From Candidatus Omnitrophota bacterium (GTDB taxonomy: Bacteria; Omnitrophota; Gorgyraeia; Zapsychrales; Fredricksoniimonadaceae), in NCBI GenBank assembly GCA_043742785.1, contig JAYTXU010000063.1:7997-71996 (forward strand): DNA of 64,000 nt, in the 5' to 3' direction. A model generated the notes under the pieces. The model ran no database searches. It had not been told where the DNA came from and saw nothing but the letters and a program-made list of their open reading frames with translations. Of the stretch, positions 19,115 through 31,400 are shown piece by piece. The position numbers were made by a program, and so were the translations under genes. Every line of letters begins with the position of its first letter. The first letter of the stretch is position 1.

Positions 19115-19261
19115 ATGTCTAAACCACAATAACTCATTAAATGGAATTATTTAGGTTCGAACAATGAAAAAGTCACCGAAATGACTATTCCCTCCCGCAA
19201 ATTCTCCGAATTTATAAAGGTCGTCAATGGCGGCAGTGAAGCCTACCGCGGTTTATTTTAG
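19115..19261 (+). pseudogene. Pseudogene paralog of 16197..16418
   Basis: Translates as MSKPQ*LIKWNYLGSN-NEKVTEMTIPSRKFSEFIKVVNGGSEAYRGLF*: TAA at codon 6 and a 25-codon in-frame deletion. Confidence 0.9.
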
Positions 19262-19318
19262 ATTTTCTTTCGTACTATATTTATAACCTATTGGTAAATA
19301 TTAATTTACAGCACATGA

Positions 19319-19330
19319 GAAAGCGCTTTC
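19319..19330. promoter_or_regulatory. LacI/CcpA-type operator-like palindrome
   Basis: Perfect palindrome GAAAGCGCTTTC about 110 bp upstream of the giant gene. Confidence 0.5.
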
Positions 19331-19438
19331 CAAAAATTCCTAAAATGCCCTTGTTTTTGAGTATATATAGTACATACTTTAAATAACAAGAAGATTTATG
19401 GTATTAAGTAGTTAACCCCAGTAAAGAAAGACTACTGT

Positions 19439-22400
19439 ATGACAAGAGGGAAGATATATAAAAAATCTATCGTTTGGTTAGTCTTAGTTGCATTCTTATT
19501 AAATACATTAATAGGAGCGCAGCCTGTACAAGCTGATGTTCCTTTCCTGCCTGCCCCTGGTCAATTAGTTCCATTAACAGCATCATTTTCTTCACCCATG
19601 ATTTGTGGCCTTAAATTCTTTAAGGACAATCCTTTTAAATTTAATTTTGTCATGACTCAAGGAGATCAAGCCTCTGGTGAAAACTCTTTTAATAGAAAAG
19701 TTTTCTTGAAAGAAGAAGCCAGTAGGCTTGTTAAATATTTCTTAGCTTCTTTAGCAATTCCTGAGAAAGACATGTGGGTTAACTTATCACCCTATGATTC
19801 TAATCGTATTATTCCACAAGAATTTGGAATTACGGAAATGGGAAAAGATATGTTAGCTCAAGATTATTTATTAAAGCAGGTAGCTTCTTCTGTGATGTAT
19901 CCGGAAGGAAGTGTGGGCAAGGAATTTTGGAGCAAGATTTACAGGGAAGCTTATAAACGTTTTGGAACAACTAATATTCCCGTTGCCGCCTTTAACAAGG
20001 TTTGGATTATTCCGGGTCAAGCAACTGTCTATGAGGATGCTATTGATAATACAGCGGTGATCACAGAGAGTAAGCTTAAGGTCATGCTTGAAGAAGACTA
20101 TCTGGCGCTTAGTAAATCAACCATTAAGGATCATATAGAAAAAAGCTCAGATGCTAATAGACAATTATCTAATGAATTAATTCGTGAGATAATTCTTCCT
20201 TTGATTGAGAAAGAGGTTAATGAGGGGAAGAATTTTGCAACATTGAGGCAAGTTTATAACTCGTTAATTTTGGCATTTTGGTTTAAAAATAAATTAAAGG
20301 AAGGGTTATTAGCAAAAGGATATTTTGGTCAGAAGAAAGTCAATGGCGTTGATGTAAATGATAAGAATATTGACCAGGAGATCTATAAGCAGTATTTAAA
20401 ATCTTATAAAAAAGGCGTTTATAACTATATCAAAGAGGAATTAACTCCTACCAATGAAGTGGTCCCAAGAAAATATTTTTCTGGAGGGGTTATCTTTGGA
20501 GATTATATCGAAAAAAGTTTTGCAATGATTTCTGGAAAAGAAGCTGCAAAGGCTGCTAGTGCCGTCTTACAGAATGGGGTTGTTACCTTTGAGGCGGGGG
20601 TTGAAGCAATTGTAGGAGATAAAACTAGATTAGAGTCATCAACTATTGGAGGGTTAAGAGAAAGTGGGCTAGTTCAAGATGGCGATACTGTTATAAGAAT
20701 TAAACTTAATGGAGTACAGAAATATAACGAAAAAGTAAGAAAATCTCTGATAGAAAGAATTATCGTTCTTAAGAAGGTATTTGGTTTGTATGTTAGACCA
20801 TTTAAAAGAATACTGCCTGCAATCACAGTGGGAGTTTTTCTTTTGGCGGCTGCTAATTCAGCTTCTGCTAAGGGCTCTGAAGATTTAATGCAGCACGGTT
20901 CTAAGAAAGCAGAAATCAAACAGGTGGTCGCAAGCTCTATCGATATTCAAATACAAAAGCTTAGTGAGAAAATAGGTGCTGATCAAAATGCAGTGGACAA
21001 TATGAGTGCTAAAGGCGGAACCTTAATGATGAATTTTGATAAGGTCCAAAAGCTCAAAGCACAAATCAAGATAGAAAAAGAACAATTGAAAGAGATTCAG
21101 GGAGCAAAGCCTAAGGGTTCTGTTGCTCCTCAAGAGATTTTACCAGTAAAAAATGTGCAGCCAGTTTCAGTAGATACTCATATGGGGTCTGTATCCATAG
21201 CTACCCCAAGCTCTGTAGATGTTCCTGGCTCGGTAGTTCCAACAGTAGTGGTTCCTGTGGATCATGATTCCAATTTAAATGTTCAACCTCAAAGAACTGC
21301 GCCAACAACTACAGTTGCAACGATTACACCGACTTCCACAGGCGATACTCCTGGACTTATTAAAGCACCTGGTAATCAAATTCAGCCCAAGGTTCTTTCA
21401 GGGGATGCTCTTGATCACAATAATCTTTTACCTGATCAGGGAGCGGCACCTACTATTGATACTCAGCACGGCGCAGCCGCAGGGCCTGGAGCGCCGCCAC
21501 CGGATCAACTAGATCAAGGGCTTAATTTAAATACTCAAGTTTCAGGAGCGCCGCCAGCAGCTGTTCAAGTCGCAACAGTTACATCGGGGATTTCAACAGG
21601 GAGTACTAATATGTATTCATCCCAATTGGATGAAGAAGCAGCGGTTAAGCAAGCTAATCTTTTAGAAGAACAAGTATTGTTAAGCCAGCTTCAGAAATCT
21701 TCTGCAGATCAGGATGCTTTAAAGTTAAAAATAGCTGAAGATATGCAGTTGATTCAAAATTATCATCTAGCACTTCCTAATTACAAACCAGTTCCTTTGC
21801 CATACCAAAAAGCGGGGATGACGCCGCCCATTGCTTCCTTTACTCCGGATAATGTCAGCATTGCCTTGCTGGATTATAAGATTAATCAGACATTAAGAAC
21901 AATCAAGAAGCCTATTAAGAATAATCCCTTTGCTCATGGTGCTTTATCGATGAATAATAATGCGCCTTTTGCAAGCGTGCCGGTTGTATCGGTTGGGGTT
22001 GGAACAAGTTTTAGCATTGTCCCTGATGTGCCTTTTGCTGGTTTGATTAATTTGACCCAAATAGTTGGAGGGCTTCCTCAACTTGGTCAGCAAGGCGTTA
22101 TGAGTCAGGTGTTGGGGCCTGCAGTGGCTGTTGATATTCTAGCTAATTTAAGAAATTATGTGGTAATGCATCCGACCAAGGGACAGGATGTTCGTTATGA
22201 TGCACGTATGACTCCATTTAAAGGGGTTGTTGAATCACTAACAGTGCATGTGACTCCAGCTGTTTCTTTTGACCAAGAAGGGCATCGAGTTGAAAAGAAT
22301 CTTTATCGTGTAGGGATTGTTAAAACCTTAGGTGCCGTAGCAGGAAAGGTGGATTCCCTTTTAGGAGATAAAGGACTCTTTGGGCATAGCAGCGATCACT

Positions 22401-25400
22401 TTATTTTCCAAAATCTTGGTTACCAGATAAAGGTGGATGATTATCACCAGGCGTTTACCTATCAGGCGGCTGTTAATCAGGATACCAATACAAGCTATAT
22501 CAATGCCTACAATATCGAAGATTCAACGACCCGCTACAGAGAAAATACTCATCACGGTTGGGATCTTGTTGATTCGTCTACTCCGTTAGATTCTCACTTG
22601 GATTATTATAGCGCCACTGTTCATGGTTTTATTCTACATGCCGATTCAACAACTGGAACAATGACAGGCCAGGGAGATGTTTTTACCTCTTCAACCTTTA
22701 TTACCGATGCTTTTGCTAAGCAAATAGCCCAGCAAGACGGGCAGACTATTGTCGGAAGATCTTATCTGAGTACTAATTCAGTTTTAGTAGAACCTATTTC
22801 TTCTTTGAAGGATCTTAATTTAGAAAAACAGTTATCAAAGGGTGTGGATAAGAATGGTCATCTTATTTGGGGAGTATTAAGAAATCATTTGGGACATATT
22901 GTTAAATTAATTATTGATCCGCGTGAACTTAACGATACAAGTTCTTTGACTGATGATAGCGGGAACTCAGTTAGATTTATTCCTGGCAAAGCTTATAAAG
23001 CCTCTTCAACCACGGGAGAGATTGGTAGTACTATTCGGGATTATACCATTGATGAGTTTAGGATTGTTGGTGAAGTTAAAGGGATGTTCAAGAAAAATAC
23101 GGTTGCAGATAAATACGGCCATTATGATCTATCTGAAAGACCGCAATTACCAGAATTACCTTCAGAGCTGAAATCTTTAGTTTCTGGAAACGGCTTGATT
23201 TTAGAATCCTCTGTGTCATTAAAAGCCATTTATCAGACAGCAAGGAATTATTATGGGGTTGTGTATTTTGCAGATGGAAGAGTGCCCGCTGTCCTTACAG
23301 GTTTAAAGAATGTTAAAACGATTGGATCCCTGGATGAAAAAAACGGGGTGACCCGATTGCCTAACGGATTATATACTCTTTCAAGATTTAAAAAGAATTT
23401 GGATGGCAATGCCCTTGTTCTTTTAGATGGTAAGAAGCAGGTTATAGCCGTTGTGGATGCATCTGATAAATTAAAACAGGAACGCATTAAAAATCTTCAT
23501 GGAGAAAATAAACGTATTGATGATCACAAGGTTACTTTAACAACTTTAAAGGATGGAGGGATTGAAGCAGAAGACCACAGAGTGCTTGATCCTGAGAGCG
23601 GCAAGCCTCAGTTTACAATTTTTACGAAAGGCAATACGTTTACACCAGAGCAGACAGCATTTAATGCAGCAAACCCTCAACAGATTCATTTAGAAAGAGA
23701 ATTAGCGGATTTGGCTATTAAAGGCCAGGCCATCACCATTCCTGTTGAAGGATCTAATAGACAAAGATGGATTATTCTAGAAAAAGCACCTACTTCTCAA
23801 TTAAAAAGATTAGAACAATCAAGTCAACAGGTGGCACCTGTTCGAAATATAAAGGTAGAAACCTTAACAGGGCCGGATGGAAAGGTTTTTCATGGGGTGA
23901 CCATTGATACGGAAATGTTTGGTGCTGATGATATTCAAAAGTTAAACAGTCTTGGCGCGACTGCCGTTCGTACTTATTATCCAATTTCTAAAAAACTTGC
24001 TGTTCTGCTTGCCACTCAAACTCAAGTCAAAACGATTATTGTAGGCATTCCCTTAAATTCAAAAGCTTATAATCCGGAGAATTTGTCCAATTTTTGGGGA
24101 GATACTGTGGGGGATCCAGATGAAAGAGTTTCTTTAGAAAATAGCAGCAAGTATATATCCTATCTTAAGCAGCTGGCAGCTACTCTTGATGGCAATGCAA
24201 AAATTGTTGTTGATTTAGGTAATGAACTGAATTTACATCCGGATTGGATTGGAGTTACGAATAATGGGTCAGACCTAGGCAGATTTTTTAGAAAGGTAGA
24301 CAAGCATGCTACGGATATAAAAGCAGTATTAGGAGATAGTGTTACAACGTCCTTCACCTTGGGAGATAATCCAATAGATTTTGTAACAGCATTGACAAAT
24401 GCACCTAATGTTCAATATTGGGGGGTTAACTCTTATCGGGGTATAGATGGTTTAGAAAATGATTGGATGAAGGCGACTAAAGAAGCAGGTGTTTTTAGGC
24501 CATTCTATGTGGCTGAAACAGGAAATAATTCTAATGCAGGAGAAGCAGTGCAGGCGGAAGCAGATGTTCACGCTTGGAAAACAGCGGAAGGCAAGATGGG
24601 TGTCAGTGTTCTATTAATGACTCTTCAAGATAATCCTAAAAAGATGGCCAATAATAAACAGGAAAACTTTGGTTTGTATGACCAATATGGGAAGCCAAAA
24701 GCAGGTGTCAGAAAGATTACCGAAGCTTGGGGAGAAGCAGCGACTTCGACTACAGCACCAATTTTGTTCGATGATACTCTAACCGGGGTTAATGAACACT
24801 ATGCCCTTGTGCGTCTTCGTTCAAATCATCCTGCCGGAACTACTGCAGAAGAGGTTGTTAAACAATTAAAAACTGAACGCGTTCGCGTTAGTGATCTAGA
24901 TCGATTAGCTCCAGCTCTTGGAAAATTAGGCGTTGAAATATTGAAGATTGATTCTCAAGGCAATACAGTTGGACGATATGTCAAGATGTTTGGGGATGGT
25001 TATCAGTTGTGGGAAAATGTTTCAATTGAAGCCAATATGAATAAATATTTTCAGATTAATCGCAATGATGGGAAAGGTTCTGAATATGTTTCATTAGATG
25101 ATTTAAAGTCTCCTTCAACTCAGGAAGCTATTCGTCAGGTTGCTGACGAAGTTACCATGATGGATATGAATCAGCATGTGATGGCACGGGTATTTTTAAA
25201 TAAAAATTTTAATGGCAGCCGTATTGAAGTCTTACAGGACAATCATACATCTTCCATTTTTGAATTGGCTTCATTTAGTCCAACAGATTTATCTGGTCCT
25301 GTTGCTAAAACAGTTTCTATTAATCCTAAAGATTCCAAGGATGGCTTCTTGCATGTCATCACCACTGATTTACGCCAAGTTAATCAAGGCGTGCAGGTGG

Positions 25401-28400
25401 AAGATGTTTACAAGCCGGTTACCGGGGGGAAACCAGTTTTGCTTTACAGTGACCGATTCTTACAAAACAATCGCATTTATTTTAAAGATGGCCATGAGTA
25501 TTATTCCGTTTTAATTGATGCTTCCCATAAGGATGGGCAAACCGTGACGATTGACGGACAGACGACAGAGAATGTGACAGGAATCTTTGATTTTAATAAG
25601 GACTCCAATAGCGGGTATCACGTCAATCTTCGTAATCTGGATAAGAATGGCGGTTTTGCTCCTATTCGTTTTACAAAATTCAAGGATGGACAGATTAATG
25701 TTGATCAAACAGGATTTGTTAAGATTCGACAAGGAATGGATCGCAAAGCTATTTTAGATAATGTTGTTAGATCGTCTGTTCTTAATATGACAGACGTATA
25801 CAGATATAGACCAGATGGACAAATTGATACAAGAGAAGTTAGTTTTTTAAATAATGGACAATGGCAATTAAATTGGACTTTAAAAGGAGCTGATATTGCT
25901 GTTCAACCTGTCCTGGTTAGTCAATTATCTAGCAATCAAGTGATTGCAGAGGCTTTTGCTAAATATAAGATTGATAAAGATACCATCTTAATTGAAACCA
26001 TCAAAACAGATACCGATGGTGTTGTCAGTAAGGATTATCGTATCTTAGGAGATATCTTAGAGAAGAAAATCATTTCTGTGATCGAGCAGGGTGGGGGAGT
26101 CATCAAGACTATTGTGGGGTTAAATTTTGACAACACCACAGGCGAGCAGATACTGTCCTATACCTTAAGTTCTGATGGGCAGGTTCAATCTTTAAGTAGA
26201 ACGGTTCCCAATGAATTATCCTATCAGCAGCTTCTTCCTCAAGGAGTCGAGACAACCTATGCACAGTTTATGGAGAAACATTTAAATGTTCAGGGAGCTA
26301 ATTATTGGAATGAGTTGGAACAAAGAGGTGTCTCAAGAAGTTTTGTACCAGTGGTGGTTGAAGAAATTCCTTTTCTGGTTCAAACAGATAAACCTGGTGC
26401 TAATAGTTTTAAATCTATTGAACCCAAGATACGTCCTCTCGTTGAAGCTTATACAAAGGCCAGTGCTCAAGACCGTCCTGCTCTATTAAAACAAATTTCA
26501 GATACCGTTCGCCAGTATCATCAAGAGAGTAATACTGCGCATTATACGCAAGAGCAAGGGCAGCCGACCTATCATTATTTATCACCTCCTAATGATAGTC
26601 GAGGACGTGATTATATTACCAAGACAAGCGATGGGGATATTTCGCTCAATATTTGGCCACTTGAAGGTAAGGGAAATTTTCCAGCTAATATTTTGCCGGC
26701 TAGTATTGTTGTTAATCAGTCGACTGGCGAATTGCAGAGAACAATGGTTTTTGATCATCATGAAAAGCTACAGTTTCAGAATTTCCAAAATGAGCCCTAT
26801 GAACTGGGCGTGAATGTTTATAAGGTTTCGGATGATTTAAGTTTAAAGGAGGCTACATTTACGAGTTTAGGAGATCCCATTTCTAAAACCACTCTTTATC
26901 AGCGTAATCGTGTTGCTAATGGAATATTTGGTGTACAGACAAGAGGGGAAGAAACAATTGCTTTTGATCCGTTATTCCCGTACTCGCTTCCTTTGGCTGG
27001 GACCTTAGATGAAGATGGTCGTTTGACTAAGGCAACTTTGCATTTGGAATTTAGTGTTGAGAATGGGCATCAGAAAATTGTGGAAACATCCTTGGTCAAT
27101 GAGCCAACAGCTCCAGGGGATTTTAGAGTTAAAACGCAGACCATTGTGGATGGTAAGCCAATTTCTGGGACTCTGCATGAAGAAGGAACACTTTTGGGTT
27201 ATAGGAAAAGCATGGAGGCTAATTGGAAAGTATTTGCCGTTTATCCTGCTTTAATCTTAGGGTTAATTATCAGCGGAGATTTACTTAAGAAAATTAGGTT
27301 TAATAGAATTAAAAAGGCATTGGCTGAGGAGGCTACTAATGCAGCCTTAGAAGAAACATCAGAGCCTCCTAAAGAAAGAGAAATTGTTTATCCTTCTTGG
27401 CAGGAGTATGGATTTAGTAAAGGTGCTTTGGCCGTTGCTGCTAGAAGATACGAAGGAACAATTGTTCCCATGTTAAAGAAAGAATCAATAGAGGATGTTT
27501 TAAAAGAATATTTCCGTGGTTATCAAATATGGCGTAAACAGGTCATGGGTATTGAAGAGCCATTTATCCCCACTATTGAAGATTTATGGGTGATGTTTTT
27601 AAGAGATGCGGATAATGATATTTTGAATGCAGATGTGCCAGACGGCCTTAATTATTTGATGCATAAAGCTGTGGAAGCTAGAAAGATTAACCCAGTGGCT
27701 GCAGATATAGGGGGTTTTATAAGAAAGGAATACACGCGCTGGCATAATATTATTGAAATTCAGCAAACAACCTTTCAGGGTTTATCAGGGGGGAAGATGA
27801 AAAACGTGGTCCCCTATGATTATTATTTTACCGTCGAAGATCTTAATGAAATGTTTCGTACTAGGAAGAATGTTGAATGGTACGATGATTTAGGGTATTC
27901 CTTGGATCGTAAAGCAGATAGAAGAAGCTCTATCTACAATGATTTTATAGCCAGTTTGAGGGAAAAGGTTAAGGCTGCTAAAGCAGGAATTGAAGCCATG
28001 GCTGATAGTGTGGGTGGCAATGTATTTAGAATGAAGAGAAAGGTGGCAGATGTTGCAGAGTATCAGGAGTATGTTCAATTTTTTACTAGAGTTCAAAAAG
28101 GTGAGTATACCGTATCAGATAATTTTACCTCCACAGAAATATCTGCAGAACAAGCTAATCTTTTAATTAATAACAAACCATTTATTAGAAAAACATTTGC
28201 GGAATCAGGATCATGGGTTGGGAAAATGCCTTTGCCGTTGCGTATGATCAAACCATTAGCCCAGTTTATCCGAAATAGTTATAACCAGTTAACCTATCCA
28301 ATTATATTAACTTCGACCGTGGGAGCTTATGTGGCAGCTTATGACGGCATCATAGGCTGGGGGACTGCTACCCTTGCGGCAGCTATTAGTCTTGTTGTTA

Positions 28401-31400
28401 TTAAAGGAATTTATTATCCATTAAGTTATTTATTAGACCGCAAGGTTAATGTTAAAAGTTTTGGAAAGCCAACTGATTTCGGGGCTGGTTATAAGAAAGA
28501 AAAATTAACGAGTGCTCAGAAATGGTATCGAACAGGTTTTTGGGCATCCGTGATATCGGCTAAGGTAGCCTGGGATATTTTCCTTATTCATCATTTTCTT
28601 ATTCCTCATCAGGAAACAATCGGCGCAAGTTATTATCCGGTCATTTTTGGTCATGAAATCCCCGTTAATATGAATTTATTATTGATGGGAATGCAGTGGT
28701 CAACGAGCGCTCTATTTCTTTATGTCAGTAATTTTGCGGCTAATTATTTGGTTAAACCATTTTTTACTTATATTCATGGTTCCTTAAGAGGATTAGGAAC
28801 AATTAAAGAATCTAAGCAAATTCTCGCCCTTCAAAAAGAAGGTATTTTGGATCGTTTGATTGAACAGAAGCTTCTTGTCAAAGGAGGAGCTGGATTAACG
28901 GATGAACAGCGCCTTGCTGCCAGAAGAGCTATTATCAAGTTAGCCTTTGATCAGCATCGTTATGTCAGAGACGAAGTCAGCGATGAGGAATACAAAATAG
29001 CGATTGAGGAAGGACGATTAGACCATATTAAGATTGAAGATGTTCAAAAAAGTGTCACTCAATCGGTGAATGCCTTACTGATGGAAATGCCGCGTATGCC
29101 TCATCCGGAAGACAATACACCAATCACAGTCTTGAGCCCTGTGTTTGGGGAAGATATTATTTATGCCTATAACAACAGTGTTCTTCCAACAACCTTGGAT
29201 ATGATGCTTAACACCGGCTATACAAATCTTAATTTTATTATTTCAAAAGCCCCGCAGCGTTGGAAGAATCTTATTGAACGTGTCAGAAGAGATAAGATAG
29301 GGACAGAAGAAGAATGGCTACGCATGGAAGCTTTATTGGATCAAAATGGATTGCTGGGAGAAATCAGTGAAGATTTAAAAATGCAGATTCGTCTTTGGGC
29401 TTCCTATGAAGGGCAGCCCTTTGCACGCACATTAGATGGACTTATGAATATTGTCAGATGGCATAAGCTTTATTTAAAGCTTTCTTTTCCAACCTGGAGT
29501 GAAGAACAGATTCGAGAGAGGACCAATTATGATGTCCAAATCCTTTGGGCTTATCAGATTTGGGGAGATGTTTTAAATGCAACTGATGCAAAACCAGAGC
29601 TGCAGTTAAAGAAAAAAGACACCCTTTATTTATTAAAGAAATACTACGATGAATTAGGGTATTTAGTTGAGATTGCCTCTTTACAGATTAGAAACGGAGT
29701 CAGTGTCAAGGTCTTGTCTCGATATAATCCAACAACAGAGCAAATTGAGGATATTGCAGATATTCCCAACACTGAGAATAAAGCTATCACACTTGAAGGA
29801 AAACCATCCAATCAAATGCACGCCCAAACCTTTGCTAGAAACAAGTTTCGATTTACTATTGATATGAATCAGGATTTAGACCCGCTTGAAGCGATGAAAA
29901 TTCCTATTATCATTCAAGAGTTTAAAAATAAGAATGTGGCTCTTGTGAATACTCCAGAAATGATTTTTACAGGCAGTTTTACGAAGACCGGTATGTTCCA
30001 TGCAATTTCTGATCGTACCTTTGTTACTTCTGATAAAAGACATATGGGGATTAACACTTCAGCTTCTCATCATGGCCATCCAGATGTGGGGACAGATGTC
30101 TATGATATGGAAGATGGCGGTCTTTCCTCGACTGTTGCTGTTTCTGAGGATTACAAGCGCGGTATTCGATATATGTTAAGAGGAAGAACTATTTTAAACA
30201 GAGAATATATGCAGTGGAAAAAAGCAAGAGAGCTTTCCTGGACAGGAACAGATGGTATTTGGCGCAAATTTTCTATGGGGGCAGCCCAGCTTCTGCTTGG
30301 TCGTTATGCCCACTGGATGAATAAATCCTTTGGACCGGTGGCTGGAGCTGGAGAATTTTATTCGGGGCCTCATTTTTATACTTTAAATACGATTGCAGCT
30401 CTTGGATTTTTTGTGTATACCCTTAATGTCATGATTGGAGGAATTAGTCCATTTACAGCATTTCCAGCGCCCGCTGTAACGACAATTACGAGTGTTTTTT
30501 GGATAGGGCAGGCGCTTACGGTTATTGGATTCACGCAGATGGCCTTGGAATCTGGATTTAAGAAAGCTTTTACTACATTTGCTAAAATAATGCCTTTTAT
30601 GGCGCCTTTTTATATTGCTCATATTTTCACCTATCAGGCAGGGCTTCTCTCTGGGCTGGCTGGTCTGGCTGCTTATGTTGTAACCGGACGCGGATTTAAT
30701 AGAGAGAATTTTGAAGTGGATAAATTATTAAAAGTATATTCTAAATCTCACGTTGCTATTGGGGTGATTGGTCTTACTCTTTCAGGCCTTGCTTATTCTA
30801 TATGGAGAAATGAAACATTTTTATTATCTTCGGTGACTGTGCTTTCCTTTCTTTTTCCTGCGGTGATACCTTTTATTATGAATCCAGGAAATTATCCCAT
30901 TTATGGGGTCACGGTTAGAAGATCCGCAGAACTCTTTAAAAAGAATTCCAGCAGCAGTGTAAAATCTTTAAAGAAAACTATTTGGGATGAAGGATTGGCT
31001 CAAGGAAATATTCGAAAGGCTTTAGTAGATGGTATTCCGGAAGCTGTTTCATTTGGAGTTTGGTTTGGTATCACAGCTCCTGTGGCTCTTCCTGGCTTAG
31101 TAATCAATAAGATTAAAGGTGCGCCAGAATATCCTGGACAAGTTCAAGCAGTTGTTGAAACAAAAGAGGAAGATAAAGCCATGCTGACAGCGCAGCCTAA
31201 AGAAGAGGCTACTTCTGGTGGTATTGATCTTTCTAAGACAACTGTCAATGTTGTTTCTCTCAGAGGGTCTATTCAAATAGCCTTTGATGATTCCGATATG
31301 TTGCATTTGTTGTTGAACGCGGATGGTCTTGCCCCTATAATTTATGATATTAAAATGATGACACCAGCCATGGCTGATCATTTCGTAGGTCTGGATTATT

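Noticed and set aside
27389-30886. Eukaryotic contamination as the source of the GT48 region
   Set aside because: It is intronless, in frame within one 12-kb ORF with bacterial-type termini, similar in composition by eye, and flanked by bacterial genes. Read-level confirmation is still advisable.
20674-31381. Short alternative-frame and antisense ORFs inside the giant gene, and similar ones inside core genes across the window
   Set aside because: Shadow ORFs within well-supported genes, with no independent signals.
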